Shown here piece after piece: positions 48,083-58,242 of a stretch of 64,000 nucleotides of DNA. Below the pieces are notes generated by a model, which saw nothing but the letters and a program-made list of their open reading frames with translations, was not told where the DNA came from and did no database searches. Within the stretch, counting starts at the first letter, position 1. Every line of letters starts with the position of its first letter. Source of the stretch: Candidatus Bathyarchaeia archaeon (GTDB lineage Archaea > Thermoproteota > Bathyarchaeia > Bathyarchaeales > Bathycorpusculaceae); NCBI GenBank assembly GCA_038882655.1, contig JAVZNT010000002.1:98790-162789 (forward strand), in the 5' to 3' direction. The position numbers and the translations under genes were made by a program.

Positions 48083-48519
48083 CATGCCAACATAACCCTA
48101 CACTTCAAAAGGAAAAGGTGAAAGTTATTCTGGACTCAAACGCGCTTTTTGTGCCTTTAAAGTTTAAAATTGACATATTTGAGGAGTTAAGGAACCTTTT
48201 GAAGAGGAATGTTGAATTTGTGCTACTTTCACCAATTAAGAGGGAGTTGGAAACTCTTGCCGAGAAAGGTTCGCCGAAAACACGGAAAGAGGCAGCCTAC
48301 GCTTTGGGGCTTGCCGAAAAGTGCAAGCTTGTAGATTTAGGTGAAACTTGCGATGGTTCTCCGGACGACGCTATCGTGAAAGTCGCAAGCGAATGGCAAA
48401 GCCCGGTTTTCACCAATGATAGAGCGCTTCGGAAGAGGTTAAGAGATATAAATGTGCCAGTTATTTATGTGAGGCAAAAGTCCCAACTTGAAATTGAGGG
48501 AGGATGCAACATTGTTTAA
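48079..48519 (+). CDS. PIN domain protein (Fcf1/Utp24-like)
   Basis: VILDSNAL, PDDAI, FTNDRALRKRL; usual position between eif2g and rpo7. Confidence 0.88.
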   Translation: MTCQHNPTLQKEKVKVILDSNALFVPLKFKIDIFEELRNLLKRNVEFVLLSPIKRELETLAEKGSPKTRKEAAYALGLAEKCKLVDLGETCDGSPDDAIVKVASEWQSPVFTNDRALRKRLRDINVPVIYVRQKSQLEIEGGCNIV

Positions 48520-49105
48520 GCTCATAACCATGGAGGACACAATTCGTATTCCACCAGAAACCTTCGGTAATCCGCTTGATGAGGTAGGATACCAGCAAGT
48601 TAAATCAAAATATGAAGGTATCGTGGACGAAGTTCTAGGCTATGTCATTGCCGCAACAGACGTTAAAGTAAGCCCCATAGGAAAAATAATCCCAGGCGAC
48701 GGTGCAACCTATCATAAGGTAACTTTTTCTCTCTTAACGTTTTATCCGGTGCTCCAAGAGGTTGTTGAGGGCGAGGTTGTTGAAATTGCGGATTTTGGCG
48801 CTTTTGTACGTATAGGACCCGTTGACGCTTTGCTCCATGTTTCACAGTTAATGGATGACTTCATCTCCTACGACGAAAAACAAGGAGTTCTAATAGGCAA
48901 AGAGACTAACCGAAGGCTTGCGGCCGGCGATAGAGTCCGCGTACGCATAACAGCTGTCTCTCTTGGTAGGGTGGGCGGTTCGGCGAAGATAGGCGTAACA
49001 GCACGGCAACCATTTCTAGGGAAGTTGGAGTGGATAGAGCAAGAGCTACAAAAGTTGAAAGAGACTTCTGAAAAGAAGAAGGAAAGGGAGCAGGCTAAAG
49101 AATGA
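48512..49105 (+). CDS. rpo7: RNA polymerase subunit Rpo7 (E')
   Basis: GKIIPGDGATY, S1 domain FGAFVRIGPVDALLHVSQ, RQPFLGK. Confidence 0.96.
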   Translation: MFKLITMEDTIRIPPETFGNPLDEVGYQQVKSKYEGIVDEVLGYVIAATDVKVSPIGKIIPGDGATYHKVTFSLLTFYPVLQEVVEGEVVEIADFGAFVRIGPVDALLHVSQLMDDFISYDEKQGVLIGKETNRRLAAGDRVRVRITAVSLGRVGGSAKIGVTARQPFLGKLEWIEQELQKLKETSEKKKEREQAKE

Positions 49106-49287
49106 GTGAAAAAGCATGCACTACATGTCACACGATAACTACCAGCAACGTTTGCCCAAAGTGCAAAACGCCAACTCTCAGCGATGACTTTAGCGGGCTT
49201 GTGATAATATTTGACGTGGAAGGCTCGGCTATTGCGAAGGCAATGAATATCAAGGAGAAGGGACGCTACGCTTTAAAGGTCAGATAA
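49102..49287 (+). CDS. spt4: Transcription elongation factor Spt4 (RpoE'')
   Basis: ACTTC...CPKC, GLVII, GRYALKVR. Confidence 0.95.
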   Translation: MSEKACTTCHTITTSNVCPKCKTPTLSDDFSGLVIIFDVEGSAIAKAMNIKEKGRYALKVR

Positions 49288-49815
49288 ATGAGCGCCGCGT
49301 ACGTATTGCCGTTAACGCTTCGGAGAAAACTTAAAAAGCCCCTCGGTACGCTAATCAGAGGCTCTTTTGAAGAAACCATCCAAAAATTTAAGCAGATTGT
49401 GGATGATGAAAAACCGCCAAGAATAATTTCAATTGGAGACGCAGTTTCAAAAAGTCTTGTTGAAAATGGAATTTCTCTAAACCTCATAATAGTTGACAAT
49501 CGGGTTATGCGTGAAAATATAACGCCAGTGCCGCTAAGTGCAGAGGTGGAAAAACGTGTCAAAAATCCTGCTGGAAGCATAACTTTTGAAGCTCTAAACA
49601 CTATTAAGGAAACTTTAGAGGACAATCGTAAGACGAAGATTGTTGTTGAAGGCGAGGAAGACCTTCTGGCGTTGTGCGCCATTTTGTATGCGCCTGAAAA
49701 CTCTTTTGTGGTTTATGGTCAGCCCCATGAGGGCATGGTCGCCGTTAAAGTCACGAAGCAGAAGAAGAGGGAGGTTGCCAGAATCTTAAAGGCTATGGAG
49801 GTTGCGAAAGGCTAA
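49288..49815 (+). CDS. GTP-dependent dephospho-CoA kinase (DUF359)
   Basis: LKKPLG, IGDAV, NPAGSIT, VEGEEDLLAL, YGQP. Confidence 0.92.
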   Translation: MSAAYVLPLTLRRKLKKPLGTLIRGSFEETIQKFKQIVDDEKPPRIISIGDAVSKSLVENGISLNLIIVDNRVMRENITPVPLSAEVEKRVKNPAGSITFEALNTIKETLEDNRKTKIVVEGEEDLLALCAILYAPENSFVVYGQPHEGMVAVKVTKQKKREVARILKAMEVAKG

Positions 49816-49860
49816 ATAAAGGGGAAATATTATCAAGTCAGACACCACAAGGGAAAAACT

Positions 49861-50172
49861 ATGGAAGTCAAAATTCTATCTGAAAATGTGAACCCGCTTC
49901 TGAAACGCAAAGAAGTGGTCTTCCAGGTAGACCACAACCAAACTGGGAGCACTCCCCAAAGGCTAGAAGTGAAAAGCACCATTGCAAAACTATTAAAAAC
50001 CGACGCAAACCTCGTCTTTATTAAAAAGTTGGAAACAAAGACTGGCACACGAAAAGCCATTGGATTAGCTAATGTTTATGATTCTATTGAACACGCAAAG
50101 CTTATTGAGCCTGAATACATTGTAAAAAGAAACATACCGCCCGAAAAAACGAAAGAAGAGGGAAAAGAGTAA
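49861..50172 (+). CDS. rps24e: 30S ribosomal protein S24e
   Basis: NPLLKRKEV, TPQR, EPEYIVKRN. Confidence 0.96.
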   Translation: MEVKILSENVNPLLKRKEVVFQVDHNQTGSTPQRLEVKSTIAKLLKTDANLVFIKKLETKTGTRKAIGLANVYDSIEHAKLIEPEYIVKRNIPPEKTKEEGKE

Positions 50173-50418
50173 ATGACTGAAAAAACCGAGGAAACAGCAG
50201 TGGGAGAAACCGCACCGAAAGCGGCGCCGAAAAAGGGTAAGAGAGAGAAGAGAAAACGGGAAGAAAAGGGCATCCACTCAATCTATAAAGTTGAAGGAGA
50301 CAAAATTGTTAGACTTCGCCCAACATGCGAACGCTGCGGACCGGGATATTTTATGGCTGACCATGGCGACCGATACGCGTGCGGGCACTGCGGCTTCACA
50401 AGGTATAAACACGCTTAA
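50173..50418 (+). CDS. rps27ae: 30S ribosomal protein S27ae
   Basis: CERCGPGYFMADHGDRYACGHCG. Confidence 0.96.
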   Translation: MTEKTEETAVGETAPKAAPKKGKREKRKREEKGIHSIYKVEGDKIVRLRPTCERCGPGYFMADHGDRYACGHCGFTRYKHA

Positions 50419-50452
50419 ATTGTACGAGCATTATAGTGTAAGATGGTCTAGA

Positions 50453-50878
50453 ATGATTAGAGTAAACGTCCTAATAACAAACGTTTCTGGAGAACGGTTT
50501 TGGGACATAAAGAAGCCCATACCGCCAATTCAGATAAACACGAATCTTAACCTTGTTGAAGTGGAGAAAAAGTCGGATGACACGCTTGAAGTGCCTTTTG
50601 TTTTAACGGTTAATTATAACCCTTCAATAGCTCAAATAAGCCTCAAGGGAAGAGCCTACGTGGCAGGTGGTAAAGACGAAATAGCAAAGGTATACTCGGA
50701 CTATAAGGATAAGAAACCGCCGCCACCAGTTCTTGTACAGTCGATCTCAAATGTGGTTTTTGTGGAGAGCGTAATAATTTCCAGAACATTAAATATTCCG
50801 CCGCCGATACCGTTGCCCCAGATTCCGCCAGCCAAAGAGGCGGAGAAAAAGCCTTCTGGTGTGGATTACACAGCCTAA
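50453..50878 (+). CDS. Hypothetical protein, possible SecB-like fold
   Basis: ATG 50453; beta-strand-rich then helix and IPPPIPLP tail. Confidence 0.7.
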   Translation: MIRVNVLITNVSGERFWDIKKPIPPIQINTNLNLVEVEKKSDDTLEVPFVLTVNYNPSIAQISLKGRAYVAGGKDEIAKVYSDYKDKKPPPPVLVQSISNVVFVESVIISRTLNIPPPIPLPQIPPAKEAEKKPSGVDYTA

Positions 50879-50913
50879 CAGTTAGTCGTTAAAAATTGGT
50901 GGTAAACAGTCCT

Positions 50914-51318
50914 TTACTTTAGCGGAACATACATGGACGAGCGAGAAGCACCTATGCCAGGCGTTCCATGCTTAACCGGCTTGTTAGTTATTGCAAACTC
51001 GCCTAAGTAATGCCCAATCATTTCAGGCTTTATTTCAACCGGGACGAATTCCTTGCCGTTGTAAACATGAATCGTCAAGCCAACCATTTCCGGCAAAATT
51101 ATCATGTCGCGGCAGTGGGTTTTGATGGTTAAGTTTCCGCCTTTACGCATGGTTTCCTTTGCCTTCCTTACGTTTTCTAATAGGGTTCGCTGCTCTGGAG
51201 ACAAACCTCTATGGAGGCTCCTTCTTTGCCTTGATGGAAGCAGCATTATGAATTCATCCATTGACATACCTTGCAGTTGCTCAAGCGTGTACCCGCGGTA
51301 TGTGAATTCCCTTGGCAT
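50914..51318 (-). CDS. rps19: 30S ribosomal protein S19 (uS19)
   Basis: [35 protein letters not shown]. Confidence 0.97.
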   Translation of the reverse strand: MPREFTYRGYTLEQLQGMSMDEFIMLLPSRQRRSLHRGLSPEQRTLLENVRKAKETMRKGGNLTIKTHCRDMIILPEMVGLTIHVYNGKEFVPVEIKPEMIGHYLGEFAITNKPVKHGTPGIGASRSSMYVPLK

Positions 51319-51364
51319 GGCTGATCACCATTAAATTTTGAATATGACGCTATAAATCTTCTGA

Positions 51365-52108
51365 TTACTCGTTTTCCTTCGCCCTCTTCTTTCTGCGCCC
51401 CGCACCCCTTGCAGCAATAAGTCCGACCTTCTTTCCAGGCGGGGCGTTTCTCGAAACTGTTGTAACTTTCCGCGCGCTTCGTTTACTGCTTCCATATGGA
51501 TGAACTGCTGCGACCATCGCCTTTCCACGGGTTCTCGGATATTTTCTTCCTCTAGCTCTCATTAAGTGAAATTTTGCTCCAGCCTTGAGAAACGGTTTTT
51601 CGGTTCTGCCAGCGCCTGCGACAACACCTATTGTAGCTCTGCAGTAATCGCTCAGATACCTGGTTTTACCAGAGGGTAGCTTTATTAGTGTTCCCTGTGC
51701 CGTGTGAGCTACAACAGTAGCGTATGCACCGGAAGACTTTGCAATTTTCCCACCATCTCCGGGTTTAAGCTCTATGTTGCAGACCATTGTACCTTCTGGA
51801 ATTTTACCAACAGGCAAGATGTTGCCAACCTCGACGTTTGCCCTTCCACCCATCTGTATTTGCTGCCCAGTGTAAATGCCTTCAGGAACAACCGCATAGC
51901 ATTCTTTGCCGTTTTCGAATCTTATTAAGGCTAGCGGAGTGCCTCTACCTGGGTCATGGAGGATTTCTTCCACAATTCCCTTTGTTACGGTGTCGAAGGG
52001 ACTTTCTGCCGCTGGTGGGTAACATGCTGGAGCTAATCTCTTGTGAGTTGCAGCTCTAAAAGTTGGTCCGCCGCGACCTCGTCTTTGAACACGAATTCTC
52101 TTTCCCAT
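51365..52108 (-). CDS. rpl2: 50S ribosomal protein L2
   Basis: MGKRIRVQRRG, HDPGR, PGDGGK, PPGKKVGLIAAR. Confidence 0.97.
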   Translation of the reverse strand: MGKRIRVQRRGRGGPTFRAATHKRLAPACYPPAAESPFDTVTKGIVEEILHDPGRGTPLALIRFENGKECYAVVPEGIYTGQQIQMGGRANVEVGNILPVGKIPEGTMVCNIELKPGDGGKIAKSSGAYATVVAHTAQGTLIKLPSGKTRYLSDYCRATIGVVAGAGRTEKPFLKAGAKFHLMRARGRKYPRTRGKAMVAAVHPYGSSKRSARKVTTVSRNAPPGKKVGLIAARGAGRRKKRAKENE

Positions 52109-52127
52109 AACATTTCACCACACAAAT

Positions 52128-52388
52128 TTACAGTATTCCAAGTTTAATGGCGACATCCGCAGCCTTAAAGTCGGGATGAAGCTTAACAAAAGCTTTCTTT
52201 TGCCCTTTAGGCGTTACGATAACATTCACCTTTTCAACTTTAACCTCGTAAAGCTCTTCAACAGCCCTTTTCACATCTTCCTTTGTGGCTTTTAGGTCGA
52301 CTATGAAGACCAATTTGTTTTCTCTCTCAACCATTAAGCTGGCGGATTCCGTCATCAACGGGTAAAGTATAACCTCGTACGGGTCCAT
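52128..52388 (-). CDS. rpl23: 50S ribosomal protein L23
   Basis: [22 protein letters not shown]. Confidence 0.96.
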   Translation of the reverse strand: MDPYEVILYPLMTESASLMVERENKLVFIVDLKATKEDVKRAVEELYEVKVEKVNVIVTPKGQKKAFVKLHPDFKAADVAIKLGIL

Positions 52389-53176
52389 TAGGCTTCCTCT
52401 CCTTTGCAATAAAGCCTATCAAGAGTTTCTATAGCGCTGGCTGTCCAAATTGTTAATCTTCCGGGGTGTGTGCCGGGCGCAAGAACCTCAGCATTTAAAC
52501 TCTTAACTGGAACAACATCTACGCCTGGTATGTTTCTCGCAGCCTCGCCTACGCCTTTGTCTTCAGCCACAACTATTAGGGGTCCAACGGCCTGTTTTAT
52601 TCTTCGCCCACGCATTTTCCCCTTCCCAGCCCTAATTTTTACGCTTTCCTTTACCCTGTACAAGTCAGCGAGAACCCCGAGCTTTATGAGGGCTTCTTCA
52701 ACATCCTTAGTTCTTTTCAAATTCTCAAACTCACCGGTGACAACAAGCGGAATCTGGGGTATCCCCTCAACGGCGTGTCCCCGGGAAACCACAATTTCTT
52801 TTGAGGTTGTGGCGGCTATGGCGGAGAAAAGAGCCAAACGCTTCTCCTTCTTTGGAATCCGCTTTACTATCTTCTTCTCTGGAGTTGGTGGATGAGCTAG
52901 CCTGCCGCCAACAGTTCCAGGTGCAAACGCACCTCTTCCAGCAGGTCCTTTAGTTCTCGGTATCCTCGCTATGCCTAAGCCTACGCCTCTGGATTCTGCC
53001 GATGTTCTTTTCCCAGCCATAGGATCTCTGCCTTGCGGTTGGAACCTTGTAGATTGTATGGCTAGAACCGCGCGTTTTATGACGTCTGGTCTTATGGGTG
53101 TTTCAAAAATTGGTGGAAGCTTTATTTTTCCAATGGGTTTTCCGTTGAGGTCGAAGACTTTCACTGTTTTAGCCAT
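52388..53176 (-). CDS. rpl4: 50S ribosomal protein L4
   Basis: [41 protein letters not shown]. Confidence 0.97.
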   Translation of the reverse strand: MAKTVKVFDLNGKPIGKIKLPPIFETPIRPDVIKRAVLAIQSTRFQPQGRDPMAGKRTSAESRGVGLGIARIPRTKGPAGRGAFAPGTVGGRLAHPPTPEKKIVKRIPKKEKRLALFSAIAATTSKEIVVSRGHAVEGIPQIPLVVTGEFENLKRTKDVEEALIKLGVLADLYRVKESVKIRAGKGKMRGRRIKQAVGPLIVVAEDKGVGEAARNIPGVDVVPVKSLNAEVLAPGTHPGRLTIWTASAIETLDRLYCKGEEA

Positions 53177-53191
53177 AAACCTTCACCGTTC

Positions 53192-54205
53192 CTATCTGCC
53201 CTGCGGGGATTCCAGGGACAAGTATGTTATCTGTGGATGTTCTTCCGGGGTTTCTCTTGGCGGTCGTGCTGGATAACGCAGTTTTATGGGACGCTTTTCC
53301 GGCCCCGGTATGCTTCCCTCTATGAGCATGTAGGGTCCACGGACAATGCCGTAGCGTATGAAACCGCCCTTGGGCGTTACTTCTTTGCCGTCCTTGCCTA
53401 TCTTCAGAACGCGTTTGTTATATTCCGTTCTTTGGTGGAAGCCCATCTGTCCGGCGCGTGGGACGGTGTATAACACGCGATGGGGGTTCCATGGACCAAG
53501 AGTGGCAACTCCCCGCTTTGTTTTCCTACCTTTGTGTTGGAGTATGGCTATTCCCCAACGTTTCACGGGTCCTTGGAAGCCTTTTCCAGTTGTGACGGCT
53601 ATCACGTCTACGTGCTGTCCTTCCTTGAAAACATCAGAGGGGTTAACAGTCTTCCCTAGGAGGCTTTTCGCATATTCAAACTGTTGTTGGATTGTTCCTC
53701 CGCCCATCTCTATTTCAGTTATGTCTGGCTTTTTCTTTGGTACGCTTGCCTGCCTGGGTTGGGTCACGGCTATTACGCGAATGGTTGAGATTTTGTCTAA
53801 ATTCGCCTCAATCTTTTTCAGATTCTCTTCGGTGTTAAACTTTTCAGGAAGGGTTAAAACTCTACTGAGCCCTTCTGGAGGGTTTTCCATCCAAGCCTCA
53901 CAGAATATCTGCAGTCCGTAAGGCGTTTTCTTATAGGCTCTTAGGGCGCATATTAAAAGGGATGGAGTTTCCAAAACAGTGACTGAACGGATTACTTCTT
54001 TCCCGAAGTTTGGGGAACGCTTCCGGTCTTCGACTACCATGGCATAGGTCATGCCAGCCTTATAACCGACAAAACCGAGAAGGCGTGGCGTTTCAGCCTT
54101 AATTTTTGGCCAATAGCGTATTCTGGCTAAAACGTGTTTAGCACGTTTCCTAGGTAAATATGCAAGTGAACCATGTTTGGGAGCGTGCTGTTTTCTGTGG
54201 CCCAT
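53192..54205 (-). CDS. rpl3: 50S ribosomal protein L3
   Basis: HGSLAYLPRKR, GYKAGM, GKGFQGPVKRWG, RAGQMGFHQRTEYNK. Confidence 0.97.
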   Translation of the reverse strand: MGHRKQHAPKHGSLAYLPRKRAKHVLARIRYWPKIKAETPRLLGFVGYKAGMTYAMVVEDRKRSPNFGKEVIRSVTVLETPSLLICALRAYKKTPYGLQIFCEAWMENPPEGLSRVLTLPEKFNTEENLKKIEANLDKISTIRVIAVTQPRQASVPKKKPDITEIEMGGGTIQQQFEYAKSLLGKTVNPSDVFKEGQHVDVIAVTTGKGFQGPVKRWGIAILQHKGRKTKRGVATLGPWNPHRVLYTVPRAGQMGFHQRTEYNKRVLKIGKDGKEVTPKGGFIRYGIVRGPYMLIEGSIPGPEKRPIKLRYPARPPRETPEEHPQITYLSLESPQGR

Positions 54206-54271
54206 TGTTTCTCCGCTTCGCGTCTTCTAGGAATGAGACATTTAGGTTATAAACATTACCATTTTACGCTA

Positions 54272-54310
54272 TGTCAATTTTGCAGTAGTCGGCACTAAGC
54301 AAAATTGATA
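54272..54310. terminator. Hairpin between the CysC-like gene and the rpl3 promoter
   Basis: TCAATTTTGC (54274-54283) / GCAAAATTGA (54299-54308) perfect 10-bp inverted repeat. Confidence 0.4.
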
Positions 54311-54326
54311 GACCCCCTCTAGATTT

Positions 54327-54878
54327 TTAAGCGTACCACCTACCAATTATAGCCTCCAATATTTTATGGGCTGCTTGTTCCGGAGTGCATTGGACGGTGT
54401 TAACTGTTACTTCTGGATTTACTGGCGGTTCGTAGGGCTGCCCTACGCCAGGAACTGTCGGCGCTTTGCCTTCCAAGGCTCTTGCATAAATTTGTTTTGG
54501 TGCTTGGTGGGTTTCAGCCCTCCGGGATTCACGTTGAATGCAGACTTCAAGTGGACACTCTAAATAGGCTTCTATAAACTTTGGAATTTGGTGTCTGGCA
54601 TTTTCCCTATAGCGCTGTAAATTGCCAGTGGCATCGATAACAACGTTCACACAGTTCTGGGTTAGTAGCTTTGCAATGTAGACAAGTGTAGCATAAACTA
54701 TGTCGCGTTCCTCGAGCGAGTAGGTGGGTTGGGGAGTTAAAACCTTGCGTAAGGCATCAGAAGACAACAGTTGAGCTCGGATGCCCCTCTGAAGCAAAAA
54801 CTTGATTAAGGTTTCCGCTACAACGGATTTGCCGCTCCCCGGCAGACCAGTAACCCAGACACACCAACCCTCAACCAT
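54327..54878 (-). CDS. Adenylyl-sulfate kinase-like P-loop kinase
   Basis: WVTGLPGSGKS, CPLEVC, PGVGQPYEPP. Confidence 0.85.
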   Translation of the reverse strand: MVEGWCVWVTGLPGSGKSVVAETLIKFLLQRGIRAQLLSSDALRKVLTPQPTYSLEERDIVYATLVYIAKLLTQNCVNVVIDATGNLQRYRENARHQIPKFIEAYLECPLEVCIQRESRRAETHQAPKQIYARALEGKAPTVPGVGQPYEPPVNPEVTVNTVQCTPEQAAHKILEAIIGRWYA

Positions 54879-54974
54879 AACAGGAACCCACCTAATGTCC
54901 GTTCAAAATTTGTCAACCAACTAAATTAAACTTAGGAATCAAATAGCTACTACCTTTTGTTGAGTTGTAGTTTT

Positions 54975-57344
54975 CTATGTCTTAACCGTGAGACACCTAA
55001 AATGGTTGAATGCGTTCTCTTTTTTATGTATCAGGATGGTAGTTATTGTAAGAGTCACTAATATCGCAAGGGTTAATAGTATTGATGGAAATTCTAGTAT
55101 AACCGTATATGTGTAGTATTGTCCGGCGTTGTCTTCAACAACGAAGTTTCCAGCATTATCGTACACTTTTATATTATACTTTACAACAACATTTGCTTGT
55201 TGGACTTGGATTATGGCTTCATAAAATCCAGATGTTACATTGAAAGTCATTGGAATATCAGTCCATGAGAGACTGTCACCTATACAATATGAAAGTATTA
55301 TATCCTTGGCATCACTCAGAGAGTCGGTTGCATTCACCATAATTTTAACAATTCGGCCGGGTTCAACATCATCTTCAGGTTCACGTTTCAACTCTACTAC
55401 AACTGGAGCTGTCTTATCAAGTTTAATACTTGTTAAGAACTTGTGTGGAATCTCCTCATTTCCAGCGTTGTCAACGCTCCAATATTCCAAGGTATTATTG
55501 GCACCTTCGGTAGTAATCAATGGGTGCCCATCAACACTAACACGTTTAACTAGACCATTATTAATTCGACAATAGGTTTCTGCAACACCACTTCCATAAT
55601 CTATGGCTACTAATGTTATCGTGAAGTCAGAATTATGCCATAAACCGTCATAATCGTCTGTTGTAGTTGGAGGAGTGGCATCAATAAAATATGCTTCTAA
55701 AGTGTAGTTTGCGTTCATTATAATTGCTATTGGGTTTTCTGTTCTTTCTTCGCTGTCAAAAAGCCAATGTTTAAATGAAAAGCCAGTATTTGGAGTGGCT
55801 TGCACTGGCACATTTTGTCCTTGGAAGTATGTGTATGTTCCGGGTTGCGGGTCTGTTGTTCCTCCAATAGTGGTTGTGATTGTTAGAGTGTAGGTTGGCG
55901 GCGGAGGACTTCCACAAGGATACATTAACGGATAATTGTCCATATTATCTATACTGATAACATATGGCGTGTCACCTATTCCATCGCTGCCAGGCTGGTT
56001 TTGGTCAGAACCTTTCTTTATGTCTACGCCGACATAGTTACTCCAATAATTGCCGCCTGAAGGATAACCATCGTCCCAAACATTTTTTGAATATACGGTG
56101 GATGGCTGAGGCGATTGAAATGGGGATAAGTAGTTGGGAATTACGCTTATCATGTTGTTAATGAAATTGTTATGGTAGAAAATGTTTCCATTCGACTGAC
56201 GTGTGCACACGCCCACACTGTTGTTGCTGATTAGACTGTTAGCTATCGTGTTGTTGGCTGAGTTAAAAAAGATTAAACCCCCATAAAGCAGTGGACCCCG
56301 ATTCCCTCTTATGGTTATATTTACTAAATTGCAATAGTTTGACTGCACCAACAATAAGCCATCTCGGTTAAAGGAAAGGTCTACGTCCTTCACAGTTATA
56401 CGTGTACAGTTTACAAATGCCAAATATCCAACGTCTGGACAGTTTGATGAGTTTACAAGAAGATCTGAGGAGTTTATGAAGTAGTAGATTTTCTTGCCGT
56501 TTACAATGTTTGTCGTGTCAATGTAGTGTAGAAAGTCGTTAATTCCAACGCCCCAAACTATTAAGTTGTACCAGTCGCTTGTCATATTATTTTCTCTTAA
56601 AGTGTTCAATCCATTACATTGGTTGAGTATTATGCTAACGTTATTATGCAGAAACTGGTTTCGTGCAATAAGATTTTTTCCGGATTTTTCAATTTCCATT
56701 CCTTCAAGAGTGTTCTTTATGGTATTTTCGGTTATGTTGCAGTTTATACAGTTTCCATCCAGGTGGATTCCCATCAGCCCGCAACTGTCTACGAAGTTTC
56801 TCTGCACCACAATATTTGATGAAGCATACGCAATAATTCCGGCCAATGTCCCATTATAAACAATGTTATTGCCAATTTCTATGAAGGAGGAGGAATAAAA
56901 CCACACACATACAGCCGCATCTGTCAAAATGTTGTCTTTAACTTCAACGTATCTAACGTTGTTGGCGCTTATACAGCTTGGCGGATACCCTGCGCCATCC
57001 CACATTTTTCCCGCATTTCTAATTGTAAAATTGACGATACTTACATTGTTAGCGCTTACTTTAGCCACACTTCCACTACCGCTGCCATTGATAACTGTGG
57101 TTGCTTTGTCTTCTCCCACCAGCTGAATTGACTTGTTTATGTTTATGCTTTCGTTATATACTCCCGCCCTAACGTACACCGTGTCACCTTCAGTGGCGTT
57201 GTTTATGGCTTCTTGTATAGTTGTATAATCATCAGGAACCGTAATCATCCCCGCTTTCGCCTTTATTGATCTTGTACTAAATGCCAGTGTTAACACGCCA
57301 GCCAACAACAGCGTTAAAAGCATTCTAGAAACCGTTTTGCACAT
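54975..57344 (-). CDS. Multidomain NosD/beta-helix cell-surface glycoprotein
   Basis: Signal peptide, VPDDYTTIQEAIN, Asn ladders, GNYWSNY, YTLTI repeat domain, YWSVDNAGNEE, C-terminal ILEFP+TM+basic tail. Confidence 0.87.
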   Translation of the reverse strand: MCKTVSRMLLTLLLAGVLTLAFSTRSIKAKAGMITVPDDYTTIQEAINNATEGDTVYVRAGVYNESININKSIQLVGEDKATTVINGSGSGSVAKVSANNVSIVNFTIRNAGKMWDGAGYPPSCISANNVRYVEVKDNILTDAAVCVWFYSSSFIEIGNNIVYNGTLAGIIAYASSNIVVQRNFVDSCGLMGIHLDGNCINCNITENTIKNTLEGMEIEKSGKNLIARNQFLHNNVSIILNQCNGLNTLRENNMTSDWYNLIVWGVGINDFLHYIDTTNIVNGKKIYYFINSSDLLVNSSNCPDVGYLAFVNCTRITVKDVDLSFNRDGLLLVQSNYCNLVNITIRGNRGPLLYGGLIFFNSANNTIANSLISNNSVGVCTRQSNGNIFYHNNFINNMISVIPNYLSPFQSPQPSTVYSKNVWDDGYPSGGNYWSNYVGVDIKKGSDQNQPGSDGIGDTPYVISIDNMDNYPLMYPCGSPPPPTYTLTITTTIGGTTDPQPGTYTYFQGQNVPVQATPNTGFSFKHWLFDSEERTENPIAIIMNANYTLEAYFIDATPPTTTDDYDGLWHNSDFTITLVAIDYGSGVAETYCRINNGLVKRVSVDGHPLITTEGANNTLEYWSVDNAGNEEIPHKFLTSIKLDKTAPVVVELKREPEDDVEPGRIVKIMVNATDSLSDAKDIILSYCIGDSLSWTDIPMTFNVTSGFYEAIIQVQQANVVVKYNIKVYDNAGNFVVEDNAGQYYTYTVILEFPSILLTLAILVTLTITTILIHKKENAFNHFRCLTVKT

Positions 57345-57459
57345 TCTTTCTCTATAAGGCGTTATATAGCTCAGCTTTTAAAAGTTACGTGAAGGTAACC
57401 TAAACCTCACTTCCATAACATTTATTATAGTTATCGTTCAGCATGAAATTAAAAGGCGA

Positions 57460-58242
57460 GTGCTTATGCTGGTTGTTCAGATTTCGGATGTTCACTGTGG
57501 GCCGATGTTTAATTATGGGGTTTTCCGCACGGCAGTGGATGAGATTAATGCTTTGTCGCCGGATGCTGTGGTGATAACTGGCGACATAACAGAAAACGGC
57601 ATATTATCCGAGTTTAAGATGGCTGCAGACGAGTTTAAACGCTTGAAAGCCAAAAATGTCATTTACATAAGTGGAAACCACGATTACCGTTCTACTGGCT
57701 ATTTGCTCTTCAAACAGTTCTTCCCCTTCAACCAGGTAACGGAGGTCGGCGACACTGTAGTAATAGTGTTGAGCAGCGCCCGCCCAGACAGGGATGACGG
57801 TGAAGTTGGTCATAGGCAAAACCTCTGGCTGGAAAACACGTTGGAAAACTACAAGGACCGTGTGAAGATTGTGGCAATACACCACCATATAATCCCAGTT
57901 CCAGACACAGGCGCAGACCAAATCACAATAGTGGACGCTGGTGACGTCCTCAGAAGCCTTGTAAAGGCTAAGGCGGATTTAGTCCTGTGCGGGCACCGCC
58001 ACAGACCATGGAAATGGCGAATAGAAGACATGCAAGTGGTTCACGCTGGAAGCGTCTCATGCGAAAGACTGCGAGGGTTCTTTCTAAACTCCTACAATTT
58101 GATAGAAGTCAAAAATAAGAAGGTTGAGGCTAGATTGAAAATTGTTGGCGGAGACTACGTAAGTTTTGAAGAAGTTATCAAGAGAAGAGAAATCCTCCAA
58201 AAGACAGATGTCTCCCAATATAGCGATTCACTGGCGAGATAG
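57460..58242 (+). CDS. Calcineurin-like metallophosphoesterase
   Basis: SDVH, TGD, GNHD, HHH, GHRH. Confidence 0.93.
   Translation: MLMLVVQISDVHCGPMFNYGVFRTAVDEINALSPDAVVITGDITENGILSEFKMAADEFKRLKAKNVIYISGNHDYRSTGYLLFKQFFPFNQVTEVGDTVVIVLSSARPDRDDGEVGHRQNLWLENTLENYKDRVKIVAIHHHIIPVPDTGADQITIVDAGDVLRSLVKAKADLVLCGHRHRPWKWRIEDMQVVHAGSVSCERLRGFFLNSYNLIEVKNKKVEARLKIVGGDYVSFEEVIKRREILQKTDVSQYSDSLAR

Noticed and set aside
50291-50452. N-terminal extension of the 195-aa ORF
   Set aside because: Overlaps rps27ae out of frame; ATG 50453 is the more plausible start
53358-53921. 187-aa plus-strand ORF
   Set aside because: Antisense shadow of rpl3
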